Part shown: positions 9,916-20,440 of the stretch, piece after piece
Numbering within the stretch: the stretch's first letter is position 1
Layout: the number at the start of each line of letters is the position of its first letter
Sequence record: NZ_CP072379.1
DNA: 38,144 nt
From: a plasmid
Reading direction: 5' to 3' (one strand)
Translations under genes and position numbers: made by a program
The notes under the pieces: generated by a model
Told to the model about the DNA's origin: nothing
Databases searched by the model: none
Seen by the model: the letters and a program-made list of their open reading frames with translations, nothing else

Positions 9916-10182
9916 TATTTATCATCCTTTTTGATTTCCAAAATTTTTAATCCGTTAAATTCTATGGTTTCTCCTATTTTCATTTTTTCAAAACCTTTAT
10001 GTTTTTTATTAATTTTTTCTATAATATTTAACGGAGTTCCTTTATATCCTTTTTCTAATGCTGTTATAAAATTATCAGATTTAGAAACATAAAAAATCTA
10101 TTAATATTTCTTTCTTCTGCTTGTCTTACACCTTCAAAGCTTTTATACCAATTTTTATCAACATCTAATTGGAGTGTCCCCA

Positions 10183-10440
10183 AAAATTTAGACTATTTTT
10201 TTAAGCAATTTTTTCATTTTTTTTCTTTATGCTTTCTTCGTATTCATTTGGACTTGTAAATCCTATTTTACTGTGGATCCTGCTATTATTATACCATATT
10301 TCTATATACTCGTATATTCCAGTTCTTAAATTTTCTAAATTTTCACTATGTACATATTCTTTTTTCAATGTTGTATGGAATGATTCCATGTAGACATTAT
10401 CATAAGGATTCCCTTTTCTGCTATAAGATATGGAGTGTAC
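10183..10440 (-). mobile_element. Truncated IS remnant (IS3-like rve transposase C-terminus plus terminal repeat tggagtgtccccaaaaatttagacta)
   Basis: The ORF 10201..10389 encodes ...ESFHTTLKKEYVHSENLENLRTGIYEYIEIWYNNSRIHSKIGFTSPNEYEE, a typical OrfB C-terminus of the IS3 family. The terminal roughly 80 bp, including the 26-bp end sequence, recur at 30713-30790. There is no DDE core or orfA, so the element is truncated. A second IR-like sequence, tggagtgtacctaaaagtttgac, at 10432 in the same orientation marks the truncation point. Confidence 0.65.
10201..10389 (-). pseudogene. IS3-family transposase OrfB, C-terminal fragment only
   Basis: A 62-aa fragment covering the C-terminal end of the rve integrase core. 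Confidence 0.65.
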
Positions 10441-10607
10441 CTAAAAGTTTGACTTTTTGGTATAAAAAAGGGCTCAAATCGATTGTAAATGGTCTTAAAA
10501 TTGAAATGAGATTTTTTGATTGAATTTTAGGAAAAGAAGTGGTATACTATGGGTAAGAAAAAACCATTAGCGTGGAAAATATAAATTGCAGAAAACAGAC
10601 TCTCTTC

Positions 10608-10637
10608 TTGAAGCAGGGTCTTTTTTTATGTTATAAT
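10608..10637 (+). promoter_or_regulatory. Candidate sigma70 promoter: TTGAAG, 17-bp spacer, TGtTATAAT
   Basis: The -35 box TTGAAG is at 10608-10613. A 17-nt spacer precedes an extended -10 box TGTTATAAT ending at 10637. It lies about 45 nt upstream of the strong Shine-Dalgarno sequence GGGGGGTGA of the small ORF at 10691. The -35 box lies within the loop of an upstream hairpin (10597-10621). Confidence 0.4.
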
Positions 10638-10690
10638 ATTTCGTCAAGAATGCAAACTTGGCAAATTCACGCTAATGGGGGGTGAGATAA

Positions 10691-10756
10691 ATGTTTTATG
10701 ATTTGACGGTTCTAGTAGCAATAATCGTAGTATCTTTGATTATTAGCAAACGATAG
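10691..10756 (+). CDS. 21-aa hydrophobic peptide MFYDLTVLVAIIVVSLIISKR, a candidate type I toxin-like membrane peptide
   Basis: The ORF is too short for the ORF track. It has a strong Shine-Dalgarno sequence, ggggggtgagataaATG. The peptide has a single transmembrane helix and a basic C-terminus. A promoter lies upstream and an intrinsic terminator immediately downstream. Confidence 0.35.
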   Translation: MFYDLTVLVAIIVVSLIISKR

Positions 10757-10784
10757 TTGAATCATCATCGGCACCCGAATATGT

Positions 10785-10822
10785 CTGTCAGTTGAAATAT
10801 ACTGGCAGATTTTTATATCTTT
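10785..10822 (+). terminator. Rho-independent terminator (ctgtcag-N10-ctggcag then atttttatatctttt)
   Basis: A 7-bp stem with one G-U pair is followed by a T-rich tract, 29 nt after the stop of the small ORF. Confidence 0.45.
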
Positions 10823-10958
10823 TAGGTGTCCGCAACAATGCATAAATAAATGAATAGAAGACACTATAAGGGTACTTTGATTTTGACGAGTAACCTTAAA
10901 TTGTGTTATAATTAATTTATCAAAGTTATTATATCGTTTTTCTTTTCAAAGAATAATA

Positions 10959-11915
10959 TTAAATTTCATACTTCCTAAACCAATTTTCAAAATGCTGAAA
11001 ATTACTAAATTTAAAATTTTGTAAATGGTTATCATCTACATTTTTAACAGTTACAATTAATTCCTCATTAATTTCTTTAAAATTAATGATATTTAAATAA
11101 TTATATCTCTCAAATACTTTATCTTTCATTTTTATTTTTCGATTTATATAATTAATAGCTTTTTCAGGATTGTTTACTTTAAATTCTTTTTCTAGAATAT
11201 TTCCACAAATCTCCCTAAATTCTTTTTTTGTTTCCTTTTTACCAGATTTTTTAAATCTAAACTCATAACCTGAAACTTTACTTCTTCCTCGTCCTAAAGA
11301 ATTCTTATATTTTTTGATAACTTTTAAATTAAATTCTTCTCCGAGTTCGTTCATTATTGGTTTCAAAATTTTGCTATCAATCTTGTCTGTTTTATAACTT
11401 TGTGGAATATCTAATAAGTACTTAAATTCTTCAATACTAACAATCCAAATTCCTGTGTATCTAAACTGTTTCATTCTTCGATAAAATTCTTTTGTATAAG
11501 TAGACTTAAAATTCACAAATTCTTCTAATTCAAATCTTGTAAAATTTGATGTTAATTCATTTAAGACATACTTAAATTCTTCATTTATTCCAATTGTAAC
11601 AATTTGTTTTTCAACATTAATTGTATATTTTGTAAATAAAACGAACCGAGTCCATTCAACATCATCACCTATACGAATATTGCATTTTAAAAGCTTGTTG
11701 TAAGCACTGTCTAGCGTATTTACAAAATTCTTCATATCATTGTAAGGATATTTAATTAATTTTTTCAAATACTTAAAATCAAATTCTACATACTTTAAAC
11801 CTTGGTCTCTAATTCTGCTACAAATTGATATTAATAAATTAATTTCTGTGGAATTGAATTTTCTTAATGCTACTGTATTCATATCATTATTAAATTTTAC
11901 AACTTCATTAGCCAT
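10959..11915 (-). CDS. rep: Second plasmid replication initiator, Rep_3 family
   Basis: An ATG at 11915 follows GGAGGTTTGT. The N-terminus is MANEVVKFNNDMNTVALRKFNSTEINLLISICSRIRDQGLKYVEFDF. Overall it resembles rep1 and the Rep_3 architecture. An iteron array lies immediately upstream at 12025-12152. Confidence 0.8.
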   Translation of the reverse strand: MANEVVKFNNDMNTVALRKFNSTEINLLISICSRIRDQGLKYVEFDFKYLKKLIKYPYNDMKNFVNTLDSAYNKLLKCNIRIGDDVEWTRFVLFTKYTINVEKQIVTIGINEEFKYVLNELTSNFTRFELEEFVNFKSTYTKEFYRRMKQFRYTGIWIVSIEEFKYLLDIPQSYKTDKIDSKILKPIMNELGEEFNLKVIKKYKNSLGRGRSKVSGYEFRFKKSGKKETKKEFREICGNILEKEFKVNNPEKAINYINRKIKMKDKVFERYNYLNIINFKEINEELIVTVKNVDDNHLQNFKFSNFQHFENWFRKYEI

Positions 11916-12024
11916 ACAAACCTCCAAATTTTATTTTTAAATCCTAAATTAGTAAATTCGTTTTAATTATACACCCAAAAAAATAATTTTTCAACCCTTA
12001 GGGTTAAAAATGGTGATTTTCATG

Positions 12025-12152
12025 TTATTTTTGGGTGGTTTAATTAATTAAGCTTTGTTGTTTTTGGGTGGTTTATTTGTTATTTTTGGGTGGTTTAATC
12101 AATAAAATTTTGTTATTTTTGGGTGGTTTATTGTTATTTTTGGGTGGTTTAA
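12025..12152. repeat. Iteron array for rep2: five copies of ttatttttgggtggttta with alternating spacing of about 22 and 34 bp
   Basis: Direct repeats are seen upstream of rep2. A small perfect inverted repeat, aaccct-t-agggtt, lies at 11993-12005. Confidence 0.8.
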
Positions 12153-12783
12153 TAATACTCTAGACAAGTAAAAATGCGGTTTGTAGAGTACCTAAAAGTA
12201 TAAAAAAAGAGTATATATATAAAAGGTATAATAAAATAGGTTCTATTTTTTAAATAAAAAAAACTCAAAAGTATTTTCAACCCCAAAATAACCAAAATTT
12301 GAAATAAATAAAATAACCCTATTTCAATCAAAAATATAATTCCCTGACTCCCAAAATGTAGTTTTTAATATTTTTGTAACAAAAAAGTATCTTTACTGCT
12401 TATTACTTTTTACAATTCACTATTTTCCATTTTCAAAAAAATTTTACTTCTCCTTTTTATTGATTTTACTTAATGAAAATGCTATAATAAATATACCATA
12501 GTGGAAAAAGATCCATAGATGTATACAAAATAAAAACATAAAAATAAGGAGAGTAACAACTCTCCTTTTGTTATTTCCAAGTTTCTCCAATTATAATAAT
12601 TATTGTTTGTAAAATTACTATAACCAAGATTTTTATCCATAACTTTTCCATAGATGTATAATCTCCTTTCTTTCAAGGATTATTAAAATTATATCATTCT
12701 TTTCTCTATTTTAAAAAATAAAGCTATTGTATTGATAATATATTGAAATATTGATACAATAAACAAAAAAGGAGATGATTACT

Positions 12784-13044
12784 ATGACAAATGCAAGTTT
12801 GAACATCAGACTAGACAAAGAAACAAAAGACAAAGCAAATGAACTATTTAATAAATTCGGAATAAGTATGACTACTGCTGTAGTTATGTTTTTAAGAACA
12901 GCAATTAGGGAAAATAGAATTCCTTTTGAGTTAAAATTAAACGAACCTAGTAATATAACGCTTCAAGCCATTGAAGAAGGAAGAAGAATAGCAAATGATG
13001 GTTACGATAACATAAAGGAGTTGAGAGAGGCACTTGGCGTATAA
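12784..13044 (+). CDS. relB: RelB/DinJ-family antitoxin
   Basis: MTNASLNIRLDKETKDKANELFNKFGISMTTAVVMFLRTAIRENRIPFEL is ribbon-helix-helix DinJ/RelB-like. The second ATG, at 12784, has proper Shine-Dalgarno spacing after AAGGAG. A toxin reading frame follows immediately downstream. Confidence 0.75.
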   Translation: MTNASLNIRLDKETKDKANELFNKFGISMTTAVVMFLRTAIRENRIPFELKLNEPSNITLQAIEEGRRIANDGYDNIKELREALGV

Positions 13045-13310
13045 AGTTAAATTTACAGGACAATTCAAAAAAGATTTAAAATTAGCAAAAAAACAAAGGA
13101 AAAGATCTTGATAAATTGTTTAATGTGATAGAAATATTAGAAAAAGGAGAAAAACTCGAAAAAAAGTATAAAGACCATAGTTTATCAGGAGAATATAAAG
13201 GAACAAGAGAATGCCATATTGAACCTGACTGGTTACTAGTTTATGAAATAATGAACGATGTATTAATACTTATGCTATAGCGATTAGGTTCACATTCTGA
13301 ACTATTTTAA
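13034..13310 (+). pseudogene. yafQ: YafQ/RelE-family toxin, inactivated by a frameshift in an A-run near 13100 and an in-frame TAG at 13278
   Basis: Frame 1 reads YKVKFTGQFKKDLKLAKKQRK and then stops. The next frame reads DLDKLFNVIEILEKGEKLEKKYKDHSLSGEYKGTRECHIEPDWLLVYEIMNDVLILML, then TAG, then RLGSHSELF and a stop. Joined across the frameshift this gives a YafQ-like protein. There is no clean ATG start. Confidence 0.6.
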
Positions 13311-13360
13311 GAATTCAATTCTATGTAAACTTAAAATCAAGATGATGATTCTATCATCCC

Positions 13361-13439
13361 GATTTAATTTTGTGTAAACTAATAGATGAATTCAGTATTT
13401 CGCTATTCTATTTACATAAAATTTACGCATCCATTTAAA
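13361..13439. repeat. Junction element: core tttacacaaaatt in reverse orientation (13369-13381) next to a hairpin gatgat-N6-atcatc, plus a second motif tatttcgctattctatttacataaaatttacgcatccatttaaa (13396-13439)
   Basis: The second motif recurs at 15677-15714 (tacttcgctattctatttacacaaaatt...) and 25094-25130 (ctattttacataaaattttttacgcacccatataaaa). Confidence 0.6.
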
Positions 13440-13579
13440 CCCCTATATAGTTGCTTTGCACCGCTTGATACTTTATATTATCAATATATTTTTTTCTGCT
13501 ATTTTATTCAAATGTTTTTCTTTTTTTATAACTAATTAAAGTAAAATATGTTGTAATTTTCATACCTTTACTTAAACCT

Positions 13580-15244
13580 TTATTTATAAGCAACTTTCAC
13601 TTCTTTCCCATGAAATGCAATCCCAATCTTCAAGATATTTTTTATCCCTCTTGCCTTTAGTTTAGTATCATATTTCTTCTCATCAATCTGTTTCAATGCC
13701 TTCTGTGCTCTCTCTTCCATCCCCTTTTTCGTCTTCGATATTTTAAATTCCATAAGGTAAGCTTTCTCGTTACTTTTTATTGGAATCATGGCAAGATCAT
13801 ATCTTCCGTATCCACTTTCATCATTCGAAATAATTTCATATTTCCCCATTAAAAATCCTACAAGCCCTATCATAAACACTTGGTATATTTTTTCCATTTC
13901 CTTGTCCAAGTCAAAAAAGCTCAGCATATTTATCATTATTTCTCCTAATGTTTCCTCAAATTTCTTGATATCTTCATTCTCAAGAGCCTTTATCAAAACA
14001 CTAGTTTTCACTTCTGTTCCAAAAAATCTGTTTAAAAACATATTACCAAAATATTTCCGTATTTCCTTATTTGGAATTCTCAAGTTATAAACATCTGTAT
14101 ATTCTGAAGTTACATCTATTTCCTTCTGTTTTTCATCTTTTGTCAAATATCCACTATATAAAAGTAATTGCCATATTTCATCATTATTATTTAAAAGACT
14201 TTTTATCGTAGTTCCATCAGAAATATATTTTTCAATGCTTTCCCCATCGGTAAATCGTTTTAAATCATCATAAACACTTTCTCCAGCATGATCAAGCATA
14301 TTTTCTAGAAGTGTATTCCCTGAAACATTTGCCCAATATGCCTTGATTTCTTTTTCTCTTACATAATTTACAATAGACCAAGGATTGTATACTTTACTTT
14401 CTCCAAAAATATATCCGTTATACCATTCTCTAACTTCTTCAATTTTGTATTTCATGTCAAAATACTCAAGCATTTCAATTACTTCATTTTCAAGAAGTCC
14501 AAAATATTCTGAATAATCCTTGCTTAAAATCGTATTTACATAAAGATTATTTAAACCAGAGAATATCCCTTCTTTTATGATTCTAGTTATTCCTGTTAAA
14601 ATACCATATTTTAACGAATTATTAGTCTTTAACGCTGAACTATAAAATGTTTGAAAAAAATTTATTGCTTCATTGTAGTATCCTTTATCAAAAGCATTTA
14701 TTATTGGAGCGTCGTATTCATCTATTAAAATTATGACTTTTTTTTCATAATACCTATAAAGACTATCTGCCAAAAATTTTAAAGACATTATGTAGTCTGC
14801 ATCTTCTTTTTCATAAAGCACTTTTTCAAATTTTTTTTTATCCCATTCATTCATTTTTTCTCTAATATACTCAAATTCAACGTATAAATCAAAAATAAAT
14901 AACTTCAATCTTTTTAAACATTCTTCCCAAGTGTCTCCTTTTAAATCCTTCAGTGAAATAAAAATTACAGGGTATTTTCCCTGTTCACTCATATATTCAC
15001 TATCAGATACTTTCAAATTTTCAAAAAGTTTTTTATTTTCTTCTTTATCTTCTACATCAAAAAAATATTTCAACATCGACATATTCAATGTTTTTCCAAA
15101 TCTACGTGGTCTTGTAAATAATGTAACTTTCGATTTATTCATTAACATTTCGTCTATTAATAAAGTTTTATCTACGTAATAATATTCATCTTGTATCAAC
15201 TCTTTAAAATCTTCAATTCCCACAGGAATAGCTTTTTTTCTCAT
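13580..15244 (-). CDS. AAA-ATPase-like protein with a C-terminal PD-(D/E)XK nuclease-like domain, of the 'predicted AAA-ATPase' family common in Fusobacteria and Bacteroidetes
   Basis: A 554-aa ORF. The N-terminus is MRKKAIPVGIEDFKELIQDEYYYVDKTLLIDEML...FTRPRRFGKTLNMSMLKYFF, with a Walker-A-like RPRRFGKT motif. In the C-terminal third, GYGRYDLAMIP...EKAYLMEFKISKT looks like a PD-(D/E)XK-like motif. Its C-terminal 153 aa and 3' flank are duplicated at 30187-30710. A 30-bp copy of its 3' end lies at 33970-33998. Confidence 0.75.
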   Translation of the reverse strand: MRKKAIPVGIEDFKELIQDEYYYVDKTLLIDEMLMNKSKVTLFTRPRRFGKTLNMSMLKYFFDVEDKEENKKLFENLKVSDSEYMSEQGKYPVIFISLKDLKGDTWEECLKRLKLFIFDLYVEFEYIREKMNEWDKKKFEKVLYEKEDADYIMSLKFLADSLYRYYEKKVIILIDEYDAPIINAFDKGYYNEAINFFQTFYSSALKTNNSLKYGILTGITRIIKEGIFSGLNNLYVNTILSKDYSEYFGLLENEVIEMLEYFDMKYKIEEVREWYNGYIFGESKVYNPWSIVNYVREKEIKAYWANVSGNTLLENMLDHAGESVYDDLKRFTDGESIEKYISDGTTIKSLLNNNDEIWQLLLYSGYLTKDEKQKEIDVTSEYTDVYNLRIPNKEIRKYFGNMFLNRFFGTEVKTSVLIKALENEDIKKFEETLGEIMINMLSFFDLDKEMEKIYQVFMIGLVGFLMGKYEIISNDESGYGRYDLAMIPIKSNEKAYLMEFKISKTKKGMEERAQKALKQIDEKKYDTKLKARGIKNILKIGIAFHGKEVKVAYK

Positions 15245-15384
15245 AAAATCACGCCCTCTTTTATTTTAAATTTCAATATATTAATTATACCATAACCTGA
15301 TATTTAAAATAAAGTCATTTGAACGCTCTGTGACGCTTTTTTTAGTTTTTTGACTAATTAATTACATTTTATTTTAAAAGCTCT

Positions 15385-15480
15385 TGAAACTGTATCTTTA
15401 CTTGTCTAGAGAATTATTAAGTCACCCAAAAATAACATAAAAATCATCATTTTTAAGCCTAAAGGTTGAAATTCTTAAAG
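15385..15480 (-). repeat. Orphan inverted partial copy of the rep2 origin segment (RC of about 11985-12170 with the iterons collapsed to one)
   Basis: ctttacttgtctagagaattattaagtcacccaaaaataacataaaaatcatcatttttaagcctaaaggttgaa is the reverse complement of catttttacttgtctagagtattattaaaccacccaaaaataaca...aatcaccatttttaaccctaagggttgaa around rep2. Confidence 0.65.
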
Positions 15481-15587
15481 ACACCTACTCGATAGAAAAA
15501 ATCTATAAAGTACTAGTTTTATTTTTAGGTATCTTCAAGTACTGATAAATAAAGGGATAAATTGTATAAAAGGGGGAGATGTTGTAA

Positions 15588-15628
15588 CAAAAGAGGGGAA
15601 GATCCGTTATTTACTTTCCCCTTTTTGA
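15588..15628 (-). terminator. Bidirectional intrinsic terminator (aggggaag...cttcccct stem with T/A runs on both sides) downstream of the LacI-family gene
   Basis: GC-rich stem gaggggaag-loop-ctttcccct followed by ttttt on the + strand and ttttg on the - strand. It lies between the AAA-ATPase start and the lacI-like stop. Confidence 0.45.
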
Positions 15629-15676
15629 GAGTGTACAGAATTTTGTATAAATTAATAGAAAATATAGTAAATTTAA

Positions 15677-15714
15677 TACTTCGCTATTCTATTTACACAA
15701 AATTATAGACATTT
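15677..15714 (+). repeat. Junction element tacttcgctattctatttacacaaaattatagacatttt
   Basis: Its left half matches the motif at 13396-13439. It contains the core tttacacaaaatt followed by atagacat, which resembles the atggacactctc arm of the 28-bp unit. Confidence 0.6.
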
Positions 15715-15734
15715 TAGATTTTTCTGTTTTGTTT

Positions 15735-16742
15735 TTATATTTTTTGACAACTTTCTCTTTCTATTAATTCAATAGGTAGAAAAACTTTCTTATGATAGTC
15801 TCTTCTACCTTCTAATAATTCAACTAAAGAATTTACTGTTTCTTGAGCTATTAATTTTGTATCTATTTTTATAGTTGTCAAAGGTGGTGTATAATATTTT
15901 GATAATTTTAAATTGTTAAATCCTATTATTGATATATCTTCTGGAATTCTTAGTTTATTTTCTCTAATTGCTTTGTATGCTCCCATTGCTATTGAATCAT
16001 TTCCACAAAAAATTGCTGTTGGTCTATCTTCTAATTCTAAAATTTCTTTCATCATTGAATAACCACTTTCTGTAGAAAAGTCTCCAATTTTTACATATTC
16101 TTCATTGTATAACCCTTCTTTTAGCATTATTTCTTTAAAGTATTTTTCACGAAAATCTACTAAATTTTTTACTACTTTATTCCTTCCTACTAGTAACCCT
16201 ATTTTTTTATGATTTAGTTTTAGAATATAGTTTATAACTATTTCTACTGAGTTTTTTGTATCAAATTTTATGTAATCTATGAAATTATCTGTATCGTATA
16301 CATCTACACAAATAATATTTTTATTTAATTCTTTAAAGAATTTCAATTTTTCTTTACTTACTTCACCTATAAAAATAATTGCATCTGTAAAAGAAAAAAT
16401 TGATATCTCATTTGATTTTATCATTTTTTTTATGTCGTCTAAATTAAAAAATTTTATTTTTGAAAAAATCCTTTTTAAATTATTTTCTAAATTTATTTTT
16501 AAAGATACGAAATATGGATCATCACTTTCAATTTTTTTATCAAAACATTTTATTATTGAAATATTAGATTGTGATATTTTACTTTTATTTCTTTTTTTTA
16601 CGTAATTTAGTTGTTTTACAGCTTCTAGAACTTTCTCTTTTGTAAAAGCACTAACTTCGAAACTTTCATCATTATTTAAAATTCTCGAAACTGTTGTTAT
16701 AGAAACTCCTGCTTTTTTTGCAACTTCTCTAATTGTAGCCAT
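15735..16742 (-). CDS. LacI/GalR-family transcriptional regulator
   Basis: A 335-aa ORF. The N-terminal helix-turn-helix MATIREVAKKAGVSITTVSRILNN is typical of the LacI family and is followed by a periplasmic-binding-protein-like effector domain. It is the last gene of the minus-strand lac cluster. Confidence 0.8.
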   Translation of the reverse strand: MATIREVAKKAGVSITTVSRILNNDESFEVSAFTKEKVLEAVKQLNYVKKRNKSKISQSNISIIKCFDKKIESDDPYFVSLKINLENNLKRIFSKIKFFNLDDIKKMIKSNEISIFSFTDAIIFIGEVSKEKLKFFKELNKNIICVDVYDTDNFIDYIKFDTKNSVEIVINYILKLNHKKIGLLVGRNKVVKNLVDFREKYFKEIMLKEGLYNEEYVKIGDFSTESGYSMMKEILELEDRPTAIFCGNDSIAMGAYKAIRENKLRIPEDISIIGFNNLKLSKYYTPPLTTIKIDTKLIAQETVNSLVELLEGRRDYHKKVFLPIELIERESCQKI

Positions 16743-16813
16743 TTTTCTCCTTTTTATTAAAAAATTTTACTGTAAAAAGGGGATAACTAAAACTATCCCC
16801 TAAAAAAACTCTA

Positions 16814-18259
<1,446 letters not shown>

Positions 18260-18279
18260 TTAGTATTAAAATACATTAA

Positions 18280-19983
18280 TTAATCTTGAAATTGTTTTTG
18301 TACAAAATCTAATGCACCTTTACCATCACGAGTCAATTTAATATACTGAGCTCCTTCAGTTTTAGCTAATTTAATTCCTAATTTATCAGTTTCTGCTTTC
18401 ATATCTTCAAAATTTGATGCAACTTGTGGTGCAAGAATAACTAAATCAAATTCAGGAAGTATTTCACGATGTGCACCATACCCACCTGCTGCAGCTTTAA
18501 CAGGAACATTAAATTCTTTTGCTGCTTTATTTAAAGCGTTAGCTAGAAGTCCACTTGTTCCTCCACCGGCACACAATACAAGTACATTTGTTTCTTTTGT
18601 TATATTATTTTTAACAGCCTCAGTTTTTTCAACACCAGCTTTTTTAAGAATATTATCTGCTTTTTCAGTATTAAAGTTAGCAGCTACTTTATCTTTTAAT
18701 TCGTTATTTGTAGTTCCTAGACGTTCTTCTTCAAGAATTTGTTTATCGTATACTTTTATGAATGGATAATAAATAATAAAGTCCACAACTACTAAAAGTG
18801 CCGCTAAAACAAATGATAATATTTGAAGATTTGTTCCCAATATTATTCCCAATGGTCCTGGAGTTGTCCATGGAAGGTTAGCAGTAAAGCTGTTCATTCC
18901 AAGCACATCTATAAATATTTTAAAAATCCAAACATTTACTATTGGTGCAAAGATAAATGGTATAAAGAATACTGGATTTAATACAATTGGAGCACCAAAT
19001 AAAAGTGGTTCATTTACACCAAAGAATGTAGGTACTACAGAAGCACGTCCAATAGCTTTATTTCTCTTAGATTTACAAATCCACATAAACATAAATGGCA
19101 CTATTAAAGTTGCTCCAGTTCCTCCCATTGTAACTATAAACATTTGTGTTCCTGAAGTTAAGATTTTATCCGCATGTTGTCCAGCTCTCATAAGATTTAA
19201 GTTTGCATCTATATTAGCATAAGTAACAACTGCAATAGCTGGTTCTACAATTGAAGGTCCATGAATTCCAACAAACCAGAAGAACGCAAAAGCTCCAAAG
19301 ATAATAGTAATTCCTACATATCCATCGGCTGCTGAGAATAATGGCCCAAAAAGTTTACCTACTGCTTCTGCAACTCCTGTACCAATAAAATGACGTACAA
19401 GAATGTCAAGAACGTAAAGTGATACAACTGATAAAGTAAATGGTATTACATCTTTAAAAACTTGTGAAATATTAGGTGGAACTTCTGAAGGCATTTTAAT
19501 AGTTACTTCATTTTTTATACAAAATTTATAAATAGTTACAGTTATAAATGATGCTAAAAATGCAGTTAAAAGTCCTTTTGTCCCCAAGAATCCAGTTGAA
19601 AATCCATCTTTAGTGGGATCTGCTGCTAACAATAACAAACCAACCATCGAAGCTAAAAGTGTAGAAATATAATTAACTTGATTAGTTGCTGGCATAGAAC
19701 GATTTACAGAATCTGTTAAAGATTTAGCTGTTGTTCCAGCTACTAAAAATGCTAAAATTCCCATAGAATAGCTGTATGGTTTCATTAATAAAGCTTCTAT
19801 ACTTTTTGGCCAAAAAAATCCAAAAGCATTTGGAACATAAGCAATTAAGATAAAAATACTAGAAAATAATATAACGGGCATCCCAGCTATAAAACCATCC
19901 CGAATCGCTCTTAAATATATATTCCGAGATAATTTTTCAAAAAAAGGTTTCCCTTTTTCTATAAATTCAATCAGTTTTTCCAT
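18280..19983 (-). CDS. lacE: PTS lactose-specific EIICB component
   Basis: A 567-aa polytopic membrane protein with a C-terminal IIB domain ([23 protein letters not shown]). Its start overlaps the lacF stop (TAATG). Confidence 0.9.
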   Translation of the reverse strand: MEKLIEFIEKGKPFFEKLSRNIYLRAIRDGFIAGMPVILFSSIFILIAYVPNAFGFFWPKSIEALLMKPYSYSMGILAFLVAGTTAKSLTDSVNRSMPATNQVNYISTLLASMVGLLLLAADPTKDGFSTGFLGTKGLLTAFLASFITVTIYKFCIKNEVTIKMPSEVPPNISQVFKDVIPFTLSVVSLYVLDILVRHFIGTGVAEAVGKLFGPLFSAADGYVGITIIFGAFAFFWFVGIHGPSIVEPAIAVVTYANIDANLNLMRAGQHADKILTSGTQMFIVTMGGTGATLIVPFMFMWICKSKRNKAIGRASVVPTFFGVNEPLLFGAPIVLNPVFFIPFIFAPIVNVWIFKIFIDVLGMNSFTANLPWTTPGPLGIILGTNLQILSFVLAALLVVVDFIIYYPFIKVYDKQILEEERLGTTNNELKDKVAANFNTEKADNILKKAGVEKTEAVKNNITKETNVLVLCAGGGTSGLLANALNKAAKEFNVPVKAAAGGYGAHREILPEFDLVILAPQVASNFEDMKAETDKLGIKLAKTEGAQYIKLTRDGKGALDFVQKQFQD

Positions 19984-20300
19984 TACTTTGCTCCTCTTTT
20001 ATATAATTCTATTAAATGTTTCATTAATTCTTTCAGTAATATTGTTGTCATTAAATGGTCTTGTCCATGAACCATAATGAAACTTATTTCCAAATTTTCT
20101 CCAGCTGATTCTTTAGCTAAAATATCTGTTTGTGCATTATGTGCACCAACTAAGCATTCTTCAGCTTCTTTTACTAAGTTTTCAGCTTCTTCAAATTCTC
20201 CATTTTGAGCTTTATTTAATGCAATCATTAATTTAGATCTTGCATCTCCTGCATAAGCTACTATTTCAAATCCAACCATTGTTACATCTTCTTTAGTCAT
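19983..20300 (-). CDS. lacF: PTS lactose-specific EIIA component
   Basis: [24 protein letters not shown]...[28 protein letters not shown] closely matches my recollection of staphylococcal LacF. The start at 20300 follows GGAG with a 9-nt spacer. The longer start at 20351 in the ORF track is unlikely. Confidence 0.85.
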   Translation of the reverse strand: MTKEDVTMVGFEIVAYAGDARSKLMIALNKAQNGEFEEAENLVKEAEECLVGAHNAQTDILAKESAGENLEISFIMVHGQDHLMTTILLKELMKHLIELYKRGAK

Positions 20301-20440
20301 AGTGATTTTCTCCTTTTCAATTATTATTTGGTTATTTATACGTATTTGCAAAATACAATTGTTTTTATTTGTAACAAGGGGTAGACTCCCCTTGCTAATA
20401 CTACTGTTTAATTTTTTTATTACATATAATTTATATTATT

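Noticed and set aside
9916-10182. Frameshifted protein-like frames (…DVDKNWYKSFEGVRQAEERN… / …GYKGTPLNIIEKINKKHKGFEKMKIGETIEFNGLKILEI…) on the minus strand
   Set aside because: They are short, broken across two frames, and match no family I recognise. This is probably debris at the IS insertion site.
10431-10456. Second IS-terminus-like sequence tggagtgtacctaaaagtttgac, in the same orientation as the one at 10183
   Set aside because: Only about 20 of 26 bp match and no coding sequence follows. It is probably a degenerate end or a nested remnant, so I did not call a separate element.
10888-10917. Plus-strand promoter-like TTGACG, 17-bp spacer, TTATAAT pointing into the 3' end of rep2
   Set aside because: Antisense transcription of the rep 3' end has no obvious role, and such hexamers occur by chance at 27% GC. 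I note it only.
12149-12676. Minus-strand ORFs 12149..12331 and 12482..12676
   Set aside because: They sit in AT-rich, low-complexity intergenic DNA between the rep2 iterons and relB. They have no Shine-Dalgarno sequence, and their translations are dominated by F, Y, L and I.
13788-15179. Plus-strand ORFs 13788..14090 and 14931..15179 (and 30428..30733)
   Set aside because: They are antisense shadows of the AAA-ATPase gene or its fragment.
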